From: an uncultured bacterium
GTDB taxonomy: Bacteria; Verrucomicrobiota; Verrucomicrobiia; Verrucomicrobiales; DEV007
Direction: 5' to 3'
Assembly: GCA_963977015.1 (NCBI GenBank)
Contig: CAXBMO010000028.1
Coordinates: 20,326-84,325, forward strand
Length of the DNA stretch: 64,000 nucleotides
Shown piece after piece: positions 8,452 through 18,789 of this stretch (its first letter is position 1; each line of letters begins with the position of its first letter). The notes below the pieces were generated by a model. The model was not told the origin of the DNA. It searched no databases and worked only from the letters and a program-made list of their open reading frames with translations. Position numbers and translations under genes: made by a program.

Positions 8452-9301
8452 GGACTGGTTTCTCGTTTGGAGCCTGCGGATCTGCGCCTTTGTCGCCGGC
8501 GCGATCACGCTGTTGGTTGCGGTCTTCATTGTCGGCGAAAGCCTCCCCGCGTTGCGACACGTCGGCGTCTCCCGTTTTTTCACCGATCCATCCTGGCATC
8601 CTGACGAATTTGCTGCGCAGGGAACGTTCAACCTCGTTCCCATGCTGGCCGGCACCCTCATCATCATGACGGGATCGGTGCTTCTCGCGACTCCGTTTGG
8701 AATCGCCGCCGCAGTCTTCTGCCACTACTATGCGCCGCCGTTCATCGCCCGAATCTACCGGCGAATCCTCGAGCTCCTCGCCGGAATTCCGTCGGTCGTC
8801 TTCGGATTCTGGGGGCTCGTCGTGCTCGTGCCGATCATCAATCAAATCCAACCACCGGGGCAGAGCGTCCTCGCCGCGACGCTCATTCTTGCCCTCATGA
8901 TTCTGCCGACCATCGCGCTGATGGCGGATGCCGCGTTGGCCAATGTGCCGGTCGATTTTCAGCGGGCCGCGGCCTCGCTCGGCCTCACGCACTGGGCCAC
9001 GATTCGCGGAGTCATTCTTCCGGCGGCGCGTTCCGGACTCTTCACCGGAGTCATCCTGCAAAGCGGACGCGCGATTGGCGAGACGCTGGCCGTTCTCATG
9101 GTCGCCGGCAATATTCCCAAGATCCCGAGCAGCTTCTTTGAGCCCGCCCGCACCCTAACCGCAAACATCGCCCTGGAAATGGCGTATGCGCTCGGCGATC
9201 ATCGGTCGGCCTTGTTTGTGACCGGCTTCCTTCTTCTCCTTATCATCATCGCGTTGGTGGCTGCGGCAGAGTGGATCAGCAAAGGGAGGATTTATGACTG
9301 A
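8435..9301 (+). CDS. pstC: Phosphate ABC transporter permease
   Basis: ELLAGIPSVVFGFWG; RAIGETLAVLMVAGN; RTLTANIALEM. Confidence 0.93.
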   Translation: MSRYSKDWFLVWSLRICAFVAGAITLLVAVFIVGESLPALRHVGVSRFFTDPSWHPDEFAAQGTFNLVPMLAGTLIIMTGSVLLATPFGIAAAVFCHYYAPPFIARIYRRILELLAGIPSVVFGFWGLVVLVPIINQIQPPGQSVLAATLILALMILPTIALMADAALANVPVDFQRAAASLGLTHWATIRGVILPAARSGLFTGVILQSGRAIGETLAVLMVAGNIPKIPSSFFEPARTLTANIALEMAYALGDHRSALFVTGFLLLLIIIALVAAAEWISKGRIYD

Positions 9302-10160
9302 TCTCACGTTGCGTCAGACTTCCAATTGGCAGGATCGCGTCGCCGCCGGGGTCATGTGGCTCATGGCGTCGTTGGTCATGGCGGTCTTTTTCTGGCTCAT
9401 TACCAGCATTGTCCGACACGGGCTTCCCGCCCTTTCCTGGGAATTCCTCACGGCCGCCCCCTCAAACCAGGGTCGTTCCGGCGGAATTGGCCCCATCCTG
9501 GTTTCGACCCTGCTGATCCTCATCGTCTGCATGGCCGTATCGCTTCCCATCGGACTGGGTAGCGCGATATTGCTGGCGGAGTTCACCCCGGAATCACAAT
9601 GGTATGGGCGGTTGGTGCGGTTGAGCCTCGACGTTCTCGCGGGAATTCCTTCGATCGTCTTTGGTCTCTTCGGAACCGTCTTCTTTTGCCAGGTTCTCGG
9701 CATGGGCTACTCCATTCTGGCGGGTGGGCTCACCCTTGCCTGTATGGTGTTGCCGATCCTGATTCGCACCTCCGAGATGGGGCTCAGTTCCGTTCCGCAG
9801 GAATACCGGGCGGCCGCCGCATCACTGGGGATTTCGAAAACCAGTTCCCTGATTCACCTGTTGTTGCCCGCCGCCATTCCCGGACTGCTTGCCGGGTTCA
9901 TTCTCGGGCTTGGTCGCGCCATTGCCGAGACCGCCGCGCTGCTCTTCACCAGTGGTTACGTGGACCGCATGCCGGAGTCCCTTCTCGATTCCGGGCGATC
10001 GCTCACCGTCCACATTTTCGACCTGGCAATGAACATTTCCGGCGGCAACCAGAACGCCTACGGCTCGGCCCTGGTCCTCCTTATTTTCTTGCTGATCATC
10101 AATGGCAGCGCTTCCTGGATTGCCAACCGTTGGCTTCACCGCCGCATCATCCGCACATGA
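9294..10160 (+). CDS. pstA: Phosphate ABC transporter permease
   Basis: LAGIPSIVFGLFG; GRAIAETAALLFT. Confidence 0.93.
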   Translation: MTDLTLRQTSNWQDRVAAGVMWLMASLVMAVFFWLITSIVRHGLPALSWEFLTAAPSNQGRSGGIGPILVSTLLILIVCMAVSLPIGLGSAILLAEFTPESQWYGRLVRLSLDVLAGIPSIVFGLFGTVFFCQVLGMGYSILAGGLTLACMVLPILIRTSEMGLSSVPQEYRAAAASLGISKTSSLIHLLLPAAIPGLLAGFILGLGRAIAETAALLFTSGYVDRMPESLLDSGRSLTVHIFDLAMNISGGNQNAYGSALVLLIFLLIINGSASWIANRWLHRRIIRT

Positions 10161-10951
10161 GTTCCGCGCACCCAACCCTTTCCAATTCGCCGATTCTGTC
10201 GACTGAGAAACTGTCGCTCCGCTATGGAGTAAAGACAGCCTTCCGCGAGGTCTCCCTGGGCCTTCATCCCGGGCAGATCCTGGCTCTGGTTGGCCCGTCC
10301 GGATGTGGGAAATCCAGCCTCCTGCAAAGCCTCAATCGCTTGACCGATCTCATCCCCAATTGCCACGTTCAGGGCTCCATTCTGTTCGCGGGAACAAACG
10401 TGGCGAATGGAGACACCGATGTGGTTCAACTGCGCCGTCGCATTGGTCTCATCTTTCAGAAACCGAACCCGTTTCCCTATTCGATTCGCCGGAACCTGGA
10501 ATTCCCGCTCAAGGAACACGGCGTCAAACCCGCGGCGGAACGCGAAACCATCATCGAAAAGTGCCTTCAGGAGGTCGGTCTCTGGAACGAGGTCAAAGAC
10601 CGGCTCGACAGCCCGGCGACCGCGCTTTCCGGAGGGCAGCAGCAGCGACTCTGCATTGCCCGCTCCCTTGCTCTCAGTCCGGAGATTCTGCTCCTCGACG
10701 AGCCGTGTAGTGCGCTGGACCCGCTTTCCAGCGGAATGGTCGAAGACCTGATTGCCCGGCTTCGCGGCAGCTACACCATCGGGATGGTAACGCATAATCT
10801 GGCCCAAGCCCGCCGCATTGCGGACCACGTCGCTGTCATGTGGGTCCAGGATGATGCGGGGCGACTGGTGGAAAGCGGCACAACCCGCGAAGTCTTCGAA
10901 GATCCGCAACACGATTTGACGAAAGCCTACATCAGCGGCCAGCGCGGCTGA
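10157..10951 (+). CDS. pstB: Phosphate ABC transporter ATP-binding protein
   Basis: GPSGCGKS, FQKPNPFP, LSGGQQQRLCIAR and DEPCSALDP; ATG overlaps the pstA stop. Confidence 0.95.
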   Translation: MSSAHPTLSNSPILSTEKLSLRYGVKTAFREVSLGLHPGQILALVGPSGCGKSSLLQSLNRLTDLIPNCHVQGSILFAGTNVANGDTDVVQLRRRIGLIFQKPNPFPYSIRRNLEFPLKEHGVKPAAERETIIEKCLQEVGLWNEVKDRLDSPATALSGGQQQRLCIARSLALSPEILLLDEPCSALDPLSSGMVEDLIARLRGSYTIGMVTHNLAQARRIADHVAVMWVQDDAGRLVESGTTREVFEDPQHDLTKAYISGQRG

Positions 10952-11046
10952 CGGCTTCAACAGAATCAAACGTTCTTGGGAAAACATCGCGATGTCGTAG
11001 TCGACTCAGCGAAACGCAATCCCTTATGATTGCCCGATAGTTCAGG

Positions 11047-12423
11047 CTAACTTGGTTCCTTGCCTTCCGAAGCCGAGATTCGCTGAAATTCATAGATCGC
11101 GCCCAGCTCAAGGATTTGCGTCAAAAGGTCCAGTGCGACATTGGATTCTTCGATCAGTTGGGGATCGACGAGATCGTTGAAACGAAGCTCCTCGCGATAG
11201 TGGGTTTCCACCCAACGCCGCAGTTCGCCATCCAGTTCCGGGGTGTAGCGGATCCCGGCGTGCATTCCCGCCAGGGCCTGGTCGTCAAGTGCGACCCGAA
11301 GCCGGAGACAGGCCGGCCCGCCCCCGTTCTTCATGCTTTCGCGCAGCGGAACGTAATGCACCTCGCTCACCGGATTGGTTCCGGCGAGGATTCGCTCGAC
11401 GCAGTCGCGGGCCCGGTCGTGGTTGCGGCATTCCTCGGGAAGGAACAGGGCGAATTCGCCTTCCCGGTCCGGCAGGCTGAGAAGCAGGCTGTTAAAGAGG
11501 TAAGTCTGCACGGCTTCCTCCACACTGAGTTCGTCGCGCGACACCCGGACGGTGACGAGGGCCGGGAACGCGTTCCGGATCTGGTCGACGGCGTCTTCAC
11601 CGGCGGCAAAGGCGTCCTCGTGGTAGAGCAGGAGATGCTCGTGGGCCACGGAAATGACGTCGTTGTGAAAGACGCCCGCGTCGATCGCGGCGGGGTTCTG
11701 CTCCAGAAAGAGGGTGCGCCTGGAGTCGAGCCCGTGGCGGCGAGCCACCGCCTGTGACGCTTCCAGGGTCTGTCGGGCCGGGAAACGCGACGGAGCCCGG
11801 CTCTGGCCGGATGACGGATACGCCGCTGCGCCATAGACGAAAACCTCGACGCCCGGCGAGTCGCCGTCGTTTGTGACGTCCCAAAACCGGAGGTGATTCG
11901 CCGCGCCTTCGTCCCGCAGTGCGGCGTTGGCCGGTAGCGGTGGGTGATGGGCAAAGTGCGGTCCCGGTGGAAAGATGCGTTTCAAGAGCCGGCTGGTGAA
12001 GTCCGCTTCGAGTGCGCGGTGAAACTGGCTCACGAGGTTGGCCGGGGAAAAATGGACCCGTCCGTCGCGACTGTCCGCCGCGGGGGAAACGGTGGCGGCG
12101 TTGGCGCTCCACATCGCGGAGCTGCTCCAGGCGCCGTAGAACAATTCCGGGGCCTCGCGCCGCGCCGCGCTGAGCAGTTCGCCGTCGGAGCCGGAAAACC
12201 CGAGTTCGCGCAAGACCGGAAGGCAGGGCCGCTGATGCGGCGGCATCACCGCCACGGGAATCCCGAGATCATAAACCCGTTTCATCTTGTCGAGCCCCTG
12301 CATCGCGGCGAGCCGGGGCCGCGACGTTTCGAAGCGATGCTTCATGGAAGCCAGATTGCCGGAGGCCAATCCACCGAAATTGTGGCTCGGCCCGGGAAGG
12401 CCGTCGAGATTCAGTTCATGCAT
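11047..12423 (-). CDS. astB: N-succinylarginine dihydrolase
   Basis: ELNLDGLPGPSHNFGGL..GNLAS, MWSANAATVSP, DEGAANH, GVFHNDVI and SMKNGGGPACLRLRV. Confidence 0.95.
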   Translation of the reverse strand: MHELNLDGLPGPSHNFGGLASGNLASMKHRFETSRPRLAAMQGLDKMKRVYDLGIPVAVMPPHQRPCLPVLRELGFSGSDGELLSAARREAPELFYGAWSSSAMWSANAATVSPAADSRDGRVHFSPANLVSQFHRALEADFTSRLLKRIFPPGPHFAHHPPLPANAALRDEGAANHLRFWDVTNDGDSPGVEVFVYGAAAYPSSGQSRAPSRFPARQTLEASQAVARRHGLDSRRTLFLEQNPAAIDAGVFHNDVISVAHEHLLLYHEDAFAAGEDAVDQIRNAFPALVTVRVSRDELSVEEAVQTYLFNSLLLSLPDREGEFALFLPEECRNHDRARDCVERILAGTNPVSEVHYVPLRESMKNGGGPACLRLRVALDDQALAGMHAGIRYTPELDGELRRWVETHYREELRFNDLVDPQLIEESNVALDLLTQILELGAIYEFQRISASEGKEPS

Positions 12424-12792
12424 GGTAGGGATTTTAAGGAGTTGTGGTCACGGGTTTCCGGAATCAATCAACGCATCATCATCAACGTTGGACGTAGCAG
12501 AGTGAATCGCCCTTGCTCAATTCGCGAACTTCGGAACCTGGGTCAGGATAACCAATTCGAAAACCGGTACGCTCGGGGATGGAGCGAACCCTGGAACAAA
12601 ACGCAGGCCGCCCATCGAAGATCAAGCGACCGAATTCAACCGAACCGTTTTTGCAACATTTTTGCAGCAACAGCACTTTTTTGAGACAGAACCCCCGAGC
12701 CGCATCGCTTAAAGAGATGATAGGCGAAGTTTGACAGCACACACCGTGACTTTCCGTCCACCCTTCATGTCAAACCTTAGCACATCGGAATC

Positions 12793-13470
12793 TTGACCCG
12801 AACCTCATCCCCTCCCCCAAGGACCCTGAACGAGACCAGCGATACTGAGCTGGTTGAATACTGCCAACAAGAAATCAGCAAACGACAATTGAGCGCCTAC
12901 CAGGAACTCTTGCGACGACACGAAACGCTCGTGTTCAGTACCTGTATCAACATGCTCAACAACGTCCAAGATGCCGAGGAAGTCTGCCAGGATGCCTTCC
13001 TTCAAGTCTACAACAAGATCCATCAATTCGAGGGACGTTCCTCGTTCAAAACCTGGCTCTACCGCATCGTTTACAACCTTTGCCTGAATCGGCGCAAGTC
13101 CTCCATGGCACGGCGAAACCGGGAACACACGGCCGGGGAAACCTACGTTCAAGAGGTCGAAACTCAGCAATTGGCCTACTTTGCCGCGACTCCCGATGAC
13201 CGGGTACCCATCGCGTTAAGCAAATTGGGTGAAAAAGAACGACAGATCTTGCGCCTGCGCTTCGTGTCTGACCTGAGCCTGAATGAAATTTCCGACTTCC
13301 TCGGACTTGGATTGAGCGCCACGAAGATGCGTCTCTACCGAGCGATGGACGAATTTAAGAGAATCTACACCGCCCTCCCAGCGACCCAGAAAACAGACAC
13401 ACGAAATGACCCCAGCGACGGAAAACCCATCCTACGAGGAGCTCGAATGCGAGCTAAGCCACCTATTTAA
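12793..13470 (+). CDS. ECF RNA polymerase sigma factor (SigX-like)
   Basis: DAEEVCQDAFL..FEGRSSFKTWLYRI (region 2) and LRFVSDLSLNEISD..GLSATKMR (region 4). Confidence 0.9.
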   Translation: MTRTSSPPPRTLNETSDTELVEYCQQEISKRQLSAYQELLRRHETLVFSTCINMLNNVQDAEEVCQDAFLQVYNKIHQFEGRSSFKTWLYRIVYNLCLNRRKSSMARRNREHTAGETYVQEVETQQLAYFAATPDDRVPIALSKLGEKERQILRLRFVSDLSLNEISDFLGLGLSATKMRLYRAMDEFKRIYTALPATQKTDTRNDPSDGKPILRGARMRAKPPI

Positions 13471-13597
13471 ACCTCTCCAACAACATCAGCCCCAGGCGTC
13501 GTCCATTGACGTCGTGATGTTGAAGTGCATCGCGAAGCACCAGAGTGTGGGGATCATCAAACCCGTCTCGGGAAATCCGACCCAACGTTCGAACTAA
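13406..13597 (+). CDS. Small protein overlapping the sigma 3' end; possible anti-sigma or remnant
   Basis: 63-aa ORF in the position typical of anti-sigma genes; no recognisable motif. Confidence 0.35.
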   Translation: MTPATENPSYEELECELSHLFKPLQQHQPQASSIDVVMLKCIAKHQSVGIIKPVSGNPTQRSN

Positions 13598-14952
13598 CCC
13601 GACTCATTCCGCAGCGCCTTGGCTGCATCCATGCGGGCCGCGAAAAAGGCGGGCAACAGGGAAGAAAACGCGCAGGCGAGAAACGCCGCGCCGGTGATAA
13701 AAGCGATATCCACGGTGGTGAGCTTGGCGGGTAGCTCATAGAAATGGTAGACATCCGCGGAAAAGATTTCGATTCCGGAAAGGTCGCCCATCCATTTCAG
13801 GAAAAACTGGCGGAAGTAGAGGAAGAAGAACGCGGCGAGAACTCCTGAAACGGCTCCAATCGCTCCGACGGCAAATCCCTGCCCCAGGAAGACGCCGATG
13901 ATCTGATCGATCCGCGCGCCCAACGCTTTCAACAAGCCAATTTCGCGGCGGCGCATTGTCGTGACCGTGATCATCGTGTTCATGATGCAGAATCCGGCGA
14001 CCACGATGATGATCGAGAGCAGGACATACATGATGAGCCGCTCCAACGCGACCAGCTCAAAGATATTGCCGTTTCGCTCCATCCAAGTGTTCACATTGAG
14101 CGGAGGCTCGATCACCTCGAACAATTCGCCCTGCACGATTTCGGCGCGATACGGATCCTCCAGATGGAGCATGAGTCCGTGAACGCCGAAGCTGAGATTG
14201 TAGAGCACTTGACCAATCTCGAGAGGAACAAAGACAAACTCCTCATCGTAGTCCTGGCGCCCGGAATCGAAAATGCCGGTCACCCTTAATTCGATCGAGG
14301 GGATATATTCCTCCATCTCCACTTCCTCGCCATCTTCCTTGAGCGCGTTGAAGATTTCGCGACCATTGGCCAGCGAATGCACGATGACGCTATCGCCCAG
14401 ACTGATTCCCATCTTCTCGGCAAGCGCCTTTCCCAGCACAACATTGTCGTCAGTCAGATCGAATTCGCCTTCCTTGATCAGATTGTGAAGCTTGCGCTCA
14501 ATTGGCGGAAGATTTTTGACCGCATCCGGATCCCCGGGATCGGGCGGAAGCGCTTCCGGGTAAAGTCCCTGAACCGTGACCACCCAGAGTCGGCGATCGA
14601 AATCGAGAACGACCTGACCGTGAGAGAACGGCGCGACTCCCACGACTTCCGGATGCGTCTCCGCCGCTTCCTTTACCTCCGGCCATTCATAGAGCACGCC
14701 GCTATGCCCGACGACAAGGTGAGGCTGAAACCCCAGCACCGTTTCGCGCATCTTGATGCTGTAGCCGGTCATGATCGCGATGACCGCCGTAAGAATTCCC
14801 ACGCCGAGCATCACCCCAATGATGGAGACCACCGTGATCAGCGAAACGAAGTTCCGCTTGGGACGAAGGTAGCGCAGCCCGAGAAAGAAACTCACCGAGG
14901 AGTTGAGATACCGGAACACGGATTGAAACCACTCGCGAATCTTGCTGATCAT
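13594..14952 (-). CDS. LolC/E (FtsX-like) ABC permease
   Basis: GLRYLRPKRNFVSLITVVSIIGVMLGV; VAGFCIMNTMITV..RREIGLLKALG. Confidence 0.9.
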   Translation of the reverse strand: MISKIREWFQSVFRYLNSSVSFFLGLRYLRPKRNFVSLITVVSIIGVMLGVGILTAVIAIMTGYSIKMRETVLGFQPHLVVGHSGVLYEWPEVKEAAETHPEVVGVAPFSHGQVVLDFDRRLWVVTVQGLYPEALPPDPGDPDAVKNLPPIERKLHNLIKEGEFDLTDDNVVLGKALAEKMGISLGDSVIVHSLANGREIFNALKEDGEEVEMEEYIPSIELRVTGIFDSGRQDYDEEFVFVPLEIGQVLYNLSFGVHGLMLHLEDPYRAEIVQGELFEVIEPPLNVNTWMERNGNIFELVALERLIMYVLLSIIIVVAGFCIMNTMITVTTMRRREIGLLKALGARIDQIIGVFLGQGFAVGAIGAVSGVLAAFFFLYFRQFFLKWMGDLSGIEIFSADVYHFYELPAKLTTVDIAFITGAAFLACAFSSLLPAFFAARMDAAKALRNESG

Positions 14953-14953
14953 A

Positions 14954-16246
14954 TCAGGTAACAGCCTCATTTCGAAGAGCTTCGGCGGCATCGAGCCGCG
15001 CGGCAAAATACGCAGGCATGAGCGAAGCCAGCGCGCAGCATAAAAACGCGCCGCCCGAAATCACGACGATATCGACAATCGTGATCTTGGCCGGCAATTC
15101 ATAGAGCATTCGCATCGCGGGAGAAGAGAACAGATCCACGCCGGACACTGCAGCGATGAGTTTGGCGAGGCTCTTGCGAAGCAGCAGCGTGAGGAAGGCC
15201 AACAGCAATCCCCCCACCGTTCCCACCAGCCCCACGATGATTCCCTGATAGAGGAACGGGCCGACAACCTGGCTCGTGGTCCCGCCAACGGCTTTCATCA
15301 GGCCAATTTCTCCCCGCTTTTGGGTCGTCACCGTGATCATCGTGTTCATGATGCAGAACCCGGCCACGACCATGATCATGAAGAGCAACAGATACATGTT
15401 GAGACGCTCCAGGGCGACGGCGTCAAACAGCGCTTTGTTTCGATCGGTCCACGTTTCCACCACCAGGGGACTCACCGCCGTTGCCAGACTTCGCTTGATC
15501 GCCTTCATCTTGTGAGGGTCTTCAACCTGAACCGCGATGCCGCTCGCGCCACGTCCCAAATCGTAGAGGCGCTGTCCGATCTCGAATGAGACAAACAGGA
15601 TCTTGCCCTCAAAATCCGGACGATCGGCGTCGTAAATGCCGGTCACGGTCAACTCGGCAGGCTCAACCAGATTATCCCGTTTGGGATCCCGGCTTTCGCT
15701 CTGCGCATCGAGCAACTCGCGACCGTTCACCAGGCTGTGAAGCAATAGCTGGTCGCCCAGCGCAATCCCGAATCCGTTGGCCAGTTCGCGACCAATCACC
15801 ACCCCGTCGCCTTCCACATCAAAGCTCCCCTGTCCCTTCTCGACGAGCGTCTCATACCGCTTCCAAATCGATCCGGATTCATTGCCGGGTTTCACGCCCT
15901 TCAACTCGACGACCCAGACGCGGTTGTCGTAATCCAGAACCGCCTGCCCGTAACTGAAGGGCGCCGCGTCAACCACTCCGGCTTGCGTCCGGACCTTCTC
16001 AAAAACCGGCTCCCAATCGTTCATGGGATCGTCTTTCTCTTGTTTGACGATGACGTGAGGTTGGAACCCGAGGATCGACTCTCGCATGTCGATGTTGAAC
16101 CCGGTCATTACCGCGATCACGACCGTGAGCGCCCAAACTCCCAGCATCACCCCCAAAACCGAAACAATCGTGATAACGGAAACGAACGTCCGCTTGGGAC
16201 GCAGGTAGCGCAGGCTTAGAAACAGGCTGAACGATCGTTTTAGCAA
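14954..16246 (-). CDS. LolC/E (FtsX-like) ABC permease, paralogue
   Basis: LRYLRPKRTFVSVITIVSVLGVMLGV; KRGEIGLMKAVG. Confidence 0.9.
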   Translation of the reverse strand: MLKRSFSLFLSLRYLRPKRTFVSVITIVSVLGVMLGVWALTVVIAVMTGFNIDMRESILGFQPHVIVKQEKDDPMNDWEPVFEKVRTQAGVVDAAPFSYGQAVLDYDNRVWVVELKGVKPGNESGSIWKRYETLVEKGQGSFDVEGDGVVIGRELANGFGIALGDQLLLHSLVNGRELLDAQSESRDPKRDNLVEPAELTVTGIYDADRPDFEGKILFVSFEIGQRLYDLGRGASGIAVQVEDPHKMKAIKRSLATAVSPLVVETWTDRNKALFDAVALERLNMYLLLFMIMVVAGFCIMNTMITVTTQKRGEIGLMKAVGGTTSQVVGPFLYQGIIVGLVGTVGGLLLAFLTLLLRKSLAKLIAAVSGVDLFSSPAMRMLYELPAKITIVDIVVISGGAFLCCALASLMPAYFAARLDAAEALRNEAVT

Positions 16247-16333
16247 AATGGACGGGTCTTGGCGCAGCGGTGAGCGGCGGGTTGCGAACTAAGAAGGAGA
16301 AGTTTCAGCCTTTCACAAGCAATTCCCGTTGCC

Positions 16334-18565
16334 CTAAACGCCCGCTTCGAATCCGAGAAGATGACCATGAAACTGCAGATTATAGAGTTTCTGGTAGGCC
16401 TCGCTCTTCTCCAGCAATTCCGCGTGCGAGCCTTTGTCGATAATCCGCCCCTGCTCCATCACCAAAATCTCGTCCGCATTGAGAATCGTGGAAAGCCGAT
16501 GGGCGATCGCGACCACGGTTTTTCCCTGCGCCAATTCTTCCATCGCGGCGTGAATCTTCTTCTCACTCTCGGAATCGAGGGCGGAATAGGCCTCGTCGAG
16601 AAGCAAGATCGGCGCATCGCGCAGAATCGCCCGGGCGATGGAAATCCGCTGCTGCTGGCCTCCCGACAACGTGCACCCCTTGTCACCGACAATCGCGTTG
16701 TATCCGCCTTCCTTCTCCATGATGAACTCGTGGGCGTAGGCGCGTTTCGCGGCTTCGTAGACCTTCTCATCGCTCGCCTTGGGATCTCCGTAGCGAATGT
16801 TGTTCAGAATGGTGTCGTGGAACAAAAACAGCTCCTGATTCACAATGCCGATGTTGTCGCGAAGGCTTTGCTGCTTGATGTCACGAAGGTCGATGTTGTC
16901 GAGCTTGATGTGCCCCTCGATGGGATCATAAAAGCGCATGATCAACGAAAGCAGGGTCGACTTTCCGCTGCCACTTCGTCCTACGAGGGCGTAATTCTTC
17001 CCGGCTCGCAACTTCGTGCTGATTTGCCTCACCGCCATCTCGTCAGCGCCCTTGTACTTGAACTTCACGTTGAAGAACTGGATTTTGCCTTTCGCATCCT
17101 TCAATTCGACCGCGTCCGGCTTGTCGCGAATGTCCGACTCCAGATCAATCAGCGAAAAGACCTTCGTCGTCGCAATCAGACACTTCTGAAGATTGACCTG
17201 CACCCGGCTCAACGCTTTGGCGTGGGGATACATGCTCATCAGCGCCATGTTCAGCAGCAGAAACTCCCCTGCGGTCATCCCGGTGATCTTGGCGTAAACC
17301 AAACCCGCCGCGATGCCGACACTCGCCACCGTCTCGACCAACGGCCCGACGATTTCCATCGCCTTGCGCCACCGCATGATCAACGCCAGCATCCGGCGAT
17401 CCGCCGCATTGAACTTCTCGCGCTCAAATTCCTCACGCGCGCTGCTCTTCACCACGCGAATGCCGCTGAAGGTCTCCTGCATCGTCACCATCAGCATGCC
17501 GGCTTCCTCTTCCTCCCGTCCACCAGCCTTGCGAACCCGTTTGCTCACCGCCATCACCGGCAGGATGCACAGGGGAAAGACCACCATCGACGCAAGCGTG
17601 TAAATCGGGTTAATCAGCAAGAGAAACAGCACGATCGAAAGGATCGAGATCGGATGCTTGATCAGGTCACTCGCCAGCTGCGTTCCGGCGGTTTGCGCCA
17701 TGCGGGTCTGGTTGAAGCAGGTTTGCATCAGCTCCCCCGTCTTCGCCTTCCCGTAAAACGAGAGCGACTGGCTCAACAAATTCGAGAACACCTGATCGCG
17801 AAGCTGATAGAGCACCTTGTTGCCGACCCACAGCATGCAGTACTGGTGCAAATACGTCCAAAGCCCGCGCAACAGGATCAAAAATGGAACGATCGCGCAA
17901 ACGCCGGCGACCCAGATCCATTCATAGCCGGGCGGCAACTCCGGCGGCCTCACCACCACGTGTTCCATGCCCGGAACCTTCTTAAACGGTTGAAATCCTT
18001 CTCCCTCCGGAATCGGCAACGCCTTGACCGAGGATTCGGTCAGCTTTTTGGCGCGGGCGATGGCCAGTTTCGCCTCTTCCTCCAGTTCGACGTTTCCGGC
18101 CTCAATCGCGCTTGCCTCGAGCTTTTTGGCGAGAAATTCAAGCCGCTGCGTGCTCCCCGTCAGCGTCAGGGTCTTTTCCGTCGCCGAAGCCACTTCAACG
18201 GAGGATTCCGAGAGAATGCGAGACTGCTCCGCCCACTTTTCCTCACCCAACTGATCCGCCAACACCCCGAGCTGAGCCGCTTCCTGAATCATCGCATGCG
18301 CGACCCCCTCGGCTCCCGCCGTGGGATCGGGATCCAAAATCACCGCAAAGACGAACTTCAACCCGAACAGGATGATCATGTTGAAGAATCCGGCAACGAT
18401 CCCGAAAAACACCCCCATCGCGAATCGCGACTTGTAGGGTTTCACGTAGGTTAAGAGCCGCTTGTAAGGGACCTTTGCCGACTCAAAAAACTCCAGGTTG
18501 GACATGGATGACACGTCCTTGTGGGAAAGCTTTTTTTGAGGCTGTTGGTGATTTTCCGAGGCCAT
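16334..18565 (-). CDS. msbA: MsbA-like ABC exporter (TMD+NBD) with a large loop insertion
   Basis: YKRLLTYVKPYK start of TMD; GRSGSGKS, LSGGQQQRISIAR, DEAYSALD and IAHRLSTI. Confidence 0.8.
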   Translation of the reverse strand: MASENHQQPQKKLSHKDVSSMSNLEFFESAKVPYKRLLTYVKPYKSRFAMGVFFGIVAGFFNMIILFGLKFVFAVILDPDPTAGAEGVAHAMIQEAAQLGVLADQLGEEKWAEQSRILSESSVEVASATEKTLTLTGSTQRLEFLAKKLEASAIEAGNVELEEEAKLAIARAKKLTESSVKALPIPEGEGFQPFKKVPGMEHVVVRPPELPPGYEWIWVAGVCAIVPFLILLRGLWTYLHQYCMLWVGNKVLYQLRDQVFSNLLSQSLSFYGKAKTGELMQTCFNQTRMAQTAGTQLASDLIKHPISILSIVLFLLLINPIYTLASMVVFPLCILPVMAVSKRVRKAGGREEEEAGMLMVTMQETFSGIRVVKSSAREEFEREKFNAADRRMLALIMRWRKAMEIVGPLVETVASVGIAAGLVYAKITGMTAGEFLLLNMALMSMYPHAKALSRVQVNLQKCLIATTKVFSLIDLESDIRDKPDAVELKDAKGKIQFFNVKFKYKGADEMAVRQISTKLRAGKNYALVGRSGSGKSTLLSLIMRFYDPIEGHIKLDNIDLRDIKQQSLRDNIGIVNQELFLFHDTILNNIRYGDPKASDEKVYEAAKRAYAHEFIMEKEGGYNAIVGDKGCTLSGGQQQRISIARAILRDAPILLLDEAYSALDSESEKKIHAAMEELAQGKTVVAIAHRLSTILNADEILVMEQGRIIDKGSHAELLEKSEAYQKLYNLQFHGHLLGFEAGV

Positions 18566-18789
18566 TCCGAAAGGAATCTTGATCGAGCCGCTCTGGGCGA
18601 GGGGCTCCGAGTCTATACGAGACGCCCGAAAGGGGCAAAATCTTTATGTCAGGAGATTTCGTAGTTCAAGGCGGGGATTTCAGGTTCCACCACCCACCGC
18701 AACGGGTCCAATCCCGTGCGGCGTTTGTAAGTGAACCCTTCGCCCTAATTTTGTAGAATGTAAGTATAAATCCTTAACCCCCTGTCAAA

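Noticed and set aside
18654-18724. tRNA-like fragments (GTAGTTCAA; ACGGG-TCCAAT-CCCGT hairpin)
   Set aside because: No acceptor or anticodon stem, and the T-loop is non-canonical.
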